DNA from: Bdellovibrionales bacterium
GTDB taxonomy: Bacteria; Bdellovibrionota; Bdellovibrionia; Bdellovibrionales; JAUICD01
Direction: 5' to 3'
Assembly: GCA_965203275.1 (NCBI GenBank)
Contig: OZ241865.1
Span: forward strand, 1,728,001 to 1,792,000
DNA: 64,000 bases
In this document: piece after piece, positions 61,983 through 64,000 of the stretch
Layout: the number at the start of each line of letters is the position of its first letter
Numbering within the stretch: position 1 is the stretch's first letter
The notes under the pieces: model-generated
The model's database searches: none
What the model was told of the DNA's origin: nothing
The model's input: the letters and a program-made list of their open reading frames with translations, nothing else
Translations under genes and position numbers: made by a program

Positions 61983-62356
61983 CCTGAGTTTGACAGTTGA
62001 TTTGCAAATATGGGCATCTTCTTTTTTAAGAATGCTTTATTTATAGGTGTTAGAGGGTTGTAAGTTTTAATTTTTAAATTTCGTCAGAATTTGTAGTGAA
62101 ACAAATTTTTGTAAATTTTGATAAATAAAGCATTGACATAGAAAGCTATGTATTATTGAGTAAAGATGATGATGAAAATATGAAAATCCTAAAAATAAGG
62201 GGGAAATATGAAGTTTCAGATGAATAAATTAATGATTTCCCCTAAATTAAAACGCTTACAGTAAAAAAAGCTCACATCCTAGTGGCACAAAATCTTATTA
62301 CGCCTATAACCTATTGAAATCTCACAACTTTATTTTTGCAGGCTATCAAACTCAGG
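61983..62356 (+). mobile_element. MITE, 374 bp, second full copy
   Basis: CCTGAGTTTGACAG...CTATCAAACTCAGG; colinear with 25650-26022. Confidence 0.88.
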
Positions 62357-62364
62357 ATTTACTC

Positions 62365-63999
62365 CTACCTCACACCACATGTACCACCTATACATTCCAT
62401 CATACCATCGCAATCTGAGGTAGATTCGCAACCATTGTGTCTTTGTCTTGGATGTGCTGATCTTGTAGATGGTTTTGCTTTTAAACACTCTCCTGAATTC
62501 GCACCGCCTTCAATCCCATCACACCGCCATCGATAAAACATAGCGTTATCAGGATAAGCTGCATCATTTTGTACACCATCATGACATCCATTAATTATGG
62601 CATTGTTACACCTTCCACGAACAGGGCCGGGATCACCTTCTTTTCTTTTAGAACAACCAACTTCTTTTCTACCATTACAGCTAGAAAATTCTCTATGTGG
62701 TTTATTACGGCAGGTCCAGCGATGGTGAGTATAAGTATCACCTGGATGCGGGTGTTTATCTCCAGTGGCACATGAATGTTTAGTGTCACCACACTTCCCA
62801 CATATAACTGCTTTTGGTGGTAAATTGCCACTTTTTGATGCTCTGCAAGGGACTTCTCTTTTATTATTGCATTTAGCAAGTCTTTCGTGTGGTTTATTAC
62901 GGCAAGTCCAAAGATACTCAGTTGCACTGTCAGGTGGGTGTTGGTGATATGTTCCAGAAGAACAAGGATCTTGTGTATCAGAACTACATTGTCCACATCC
63001 AGAGACGGCACCTCCACCTGGGCTTGCAGAACCTATTCTCGGATATTTCCATCTAGCATGAATATATTCGATGCTCTTATTCACTCGACATGTCTCATGT
63101 GTGACATCAGTCCATGCAGGCGTTGGAGTATTGGCTCCTGCTCCTGCTAAGAAGTCAATAATTTGAACATCTTCACTGTTATTAGGACTTCCTTCACCAC
63201 GATAATAAGCCACAGTATCTGCAGAAATGCGACTACAGTTTGATCTGACACAGTTTTTATAGCCAAATCGCGGGTCTATGCGATGTAATTCATTTACAAC
63301 TAAATCCAAAAATCTATGGTCATTAGTATACTTTGAACCATCCCATACAGCCTCATAAGCTACTGGATTTTCATCGGCAAGTCTTTTTACCACATGTTGC
63401 ATCCTAGCTGGCTTGTTTTTAGATGGAGAGTTGCAAGTGGTGTAACCTCTAGAACTGCCACCTGTATTGCCACTAGAGCCACTACTACTAAGAGTCGCAG
63501 TCCCTCCTGTGCCACATCCTGAACCACCGGTGGCACCACCTCCATAATTAGGAACTGTAATCCAAGCAATATTACTTCTTTCATTACGAGAACCACTCCG
63601 ATAATCTGCTGGATGTAATCCCCAGGTAGAGGCTGCAAATCCTAATGTATCCCCAGGTTGTGGATACCAATTGGCAATGGGAGCAAATGCAGCTCGGGTG
63701 GCTGAATCTTTTAAATGACTAGCGTTTGTTTTTCTGACTAAGTAAGCAATGACTCCTGCTAAATCGTACCCTTTATGCCCTAGGGTACATTCTGTACCTG
63801 ATGCTGAGGCTTGTGATTGATTGCCACACATCTCATTATTTCTGGAACGTAAACCTTCATAAATTGTGGCATAAATTTTCCCATCTGGGCGAGGAATAAA
63901 TATCCATGCACTTCCTTGATTATACCAAGGAGTCCTAGAACCATCACTATTTATGCACTTACTATAGCCTGGATCTATTCTGGCATCCCAGACATTTCT
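62365..63999 (-). CDS. Cys/Gly-rich repeat protein, 5'-truncated by window edge
   Basis: Frame open to the edge; repeated CGxC...HxHPxD...WTCRNKPH...EVxC modules. Confidence 0.8.
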   Translation of the reverse strand, partial: RNVWDARIDPGYSKCINSDGSRTPWYNQGSAWIFIPRPDGKIYATIYEGLRSRNNEMCGNQSQASASGTECTLGHKGYDLAGVIAYLVRKTNASHLKDSATRAAFAPIANWYPQPGDTLGFAASTWGLHPADYRSGSRNERSNIAWITVPNYGGGATGGSGCGTGGTATLSSSGSSGNTGGSSRGYTTCNSPSKNKPARMQHVVKRLADENPVAYEAVWDGSKYTNDHRFLDLVVNELHRIDPRFGYKNCVRSNCSRISADTVAYYRGEGSPNNSEDVQIIDFLAGAGANTPTPAWTDVTHETCRVNKSIEYIHARWKYPRIGSASPGGGAVSGCGQCSSDTQDPCSSGTYHQHPPDSATEYLWTCRNKPHERLAKCNNKREVPCRASKSGNLPPKAVICGKCGDTKHSCATGDKHPHPGDTYTHHRWTCRNKPHREFSSCNGRKEVGCSKRKEGDPGPVRGRCNNAIINGCHDGVQNDAAYPDNAMFYRWRCDGIEGGANSGECLKAKPSTRSAHPRQRHNGCESTSDCDGMMECIGGTCGVR

Positions 64000-64000
64000 T

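Overview
AT-rich bacterial chromosome segment. The gene content (many secreted hypotheticals and peptidases, PilT, ankyrin proteins, an Rpn protein) suggests a Bdellovibrionota-like, possibly host-associated organism; this is inference only. Housekeeping genes (FAH hydrolase, prmC, EVE, mutY, ahcY, DciA-like, mutS, oppD/F-like, ahpC, pilT, asd) alternate with accessory material. That material includes a type I R-M system whose HsdS has two near-identical TRDs, a HinP1I-like type II R-M pair, an RloC-like ATPase-HEPN gene, an Rpn gene with a candidate internal antitoxin start, a Fic plus NERD-like pair, ankyrin paralogs and two decayed phage/satellite-like islands. The strongest signals are three non-coding families. 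(1) A ~145-160 bp multi-stem element occurs in six mosaic clusters; every helix changes sequence between copies while staying paired. (2) A ~374 bp MITE has CCTGAGTTTGACAG termini. At two loci its ends sit at the junctions of very long (about 250 and 320 bp) direct repeats: one brackets 5.3 kb of defence-gene cargo, the other duplicated a whole gene. (3) A 231 bp internally structured unit is repeated 3.9 times in tandem. No rRNA, tRNA or CRISPR array was recognised.
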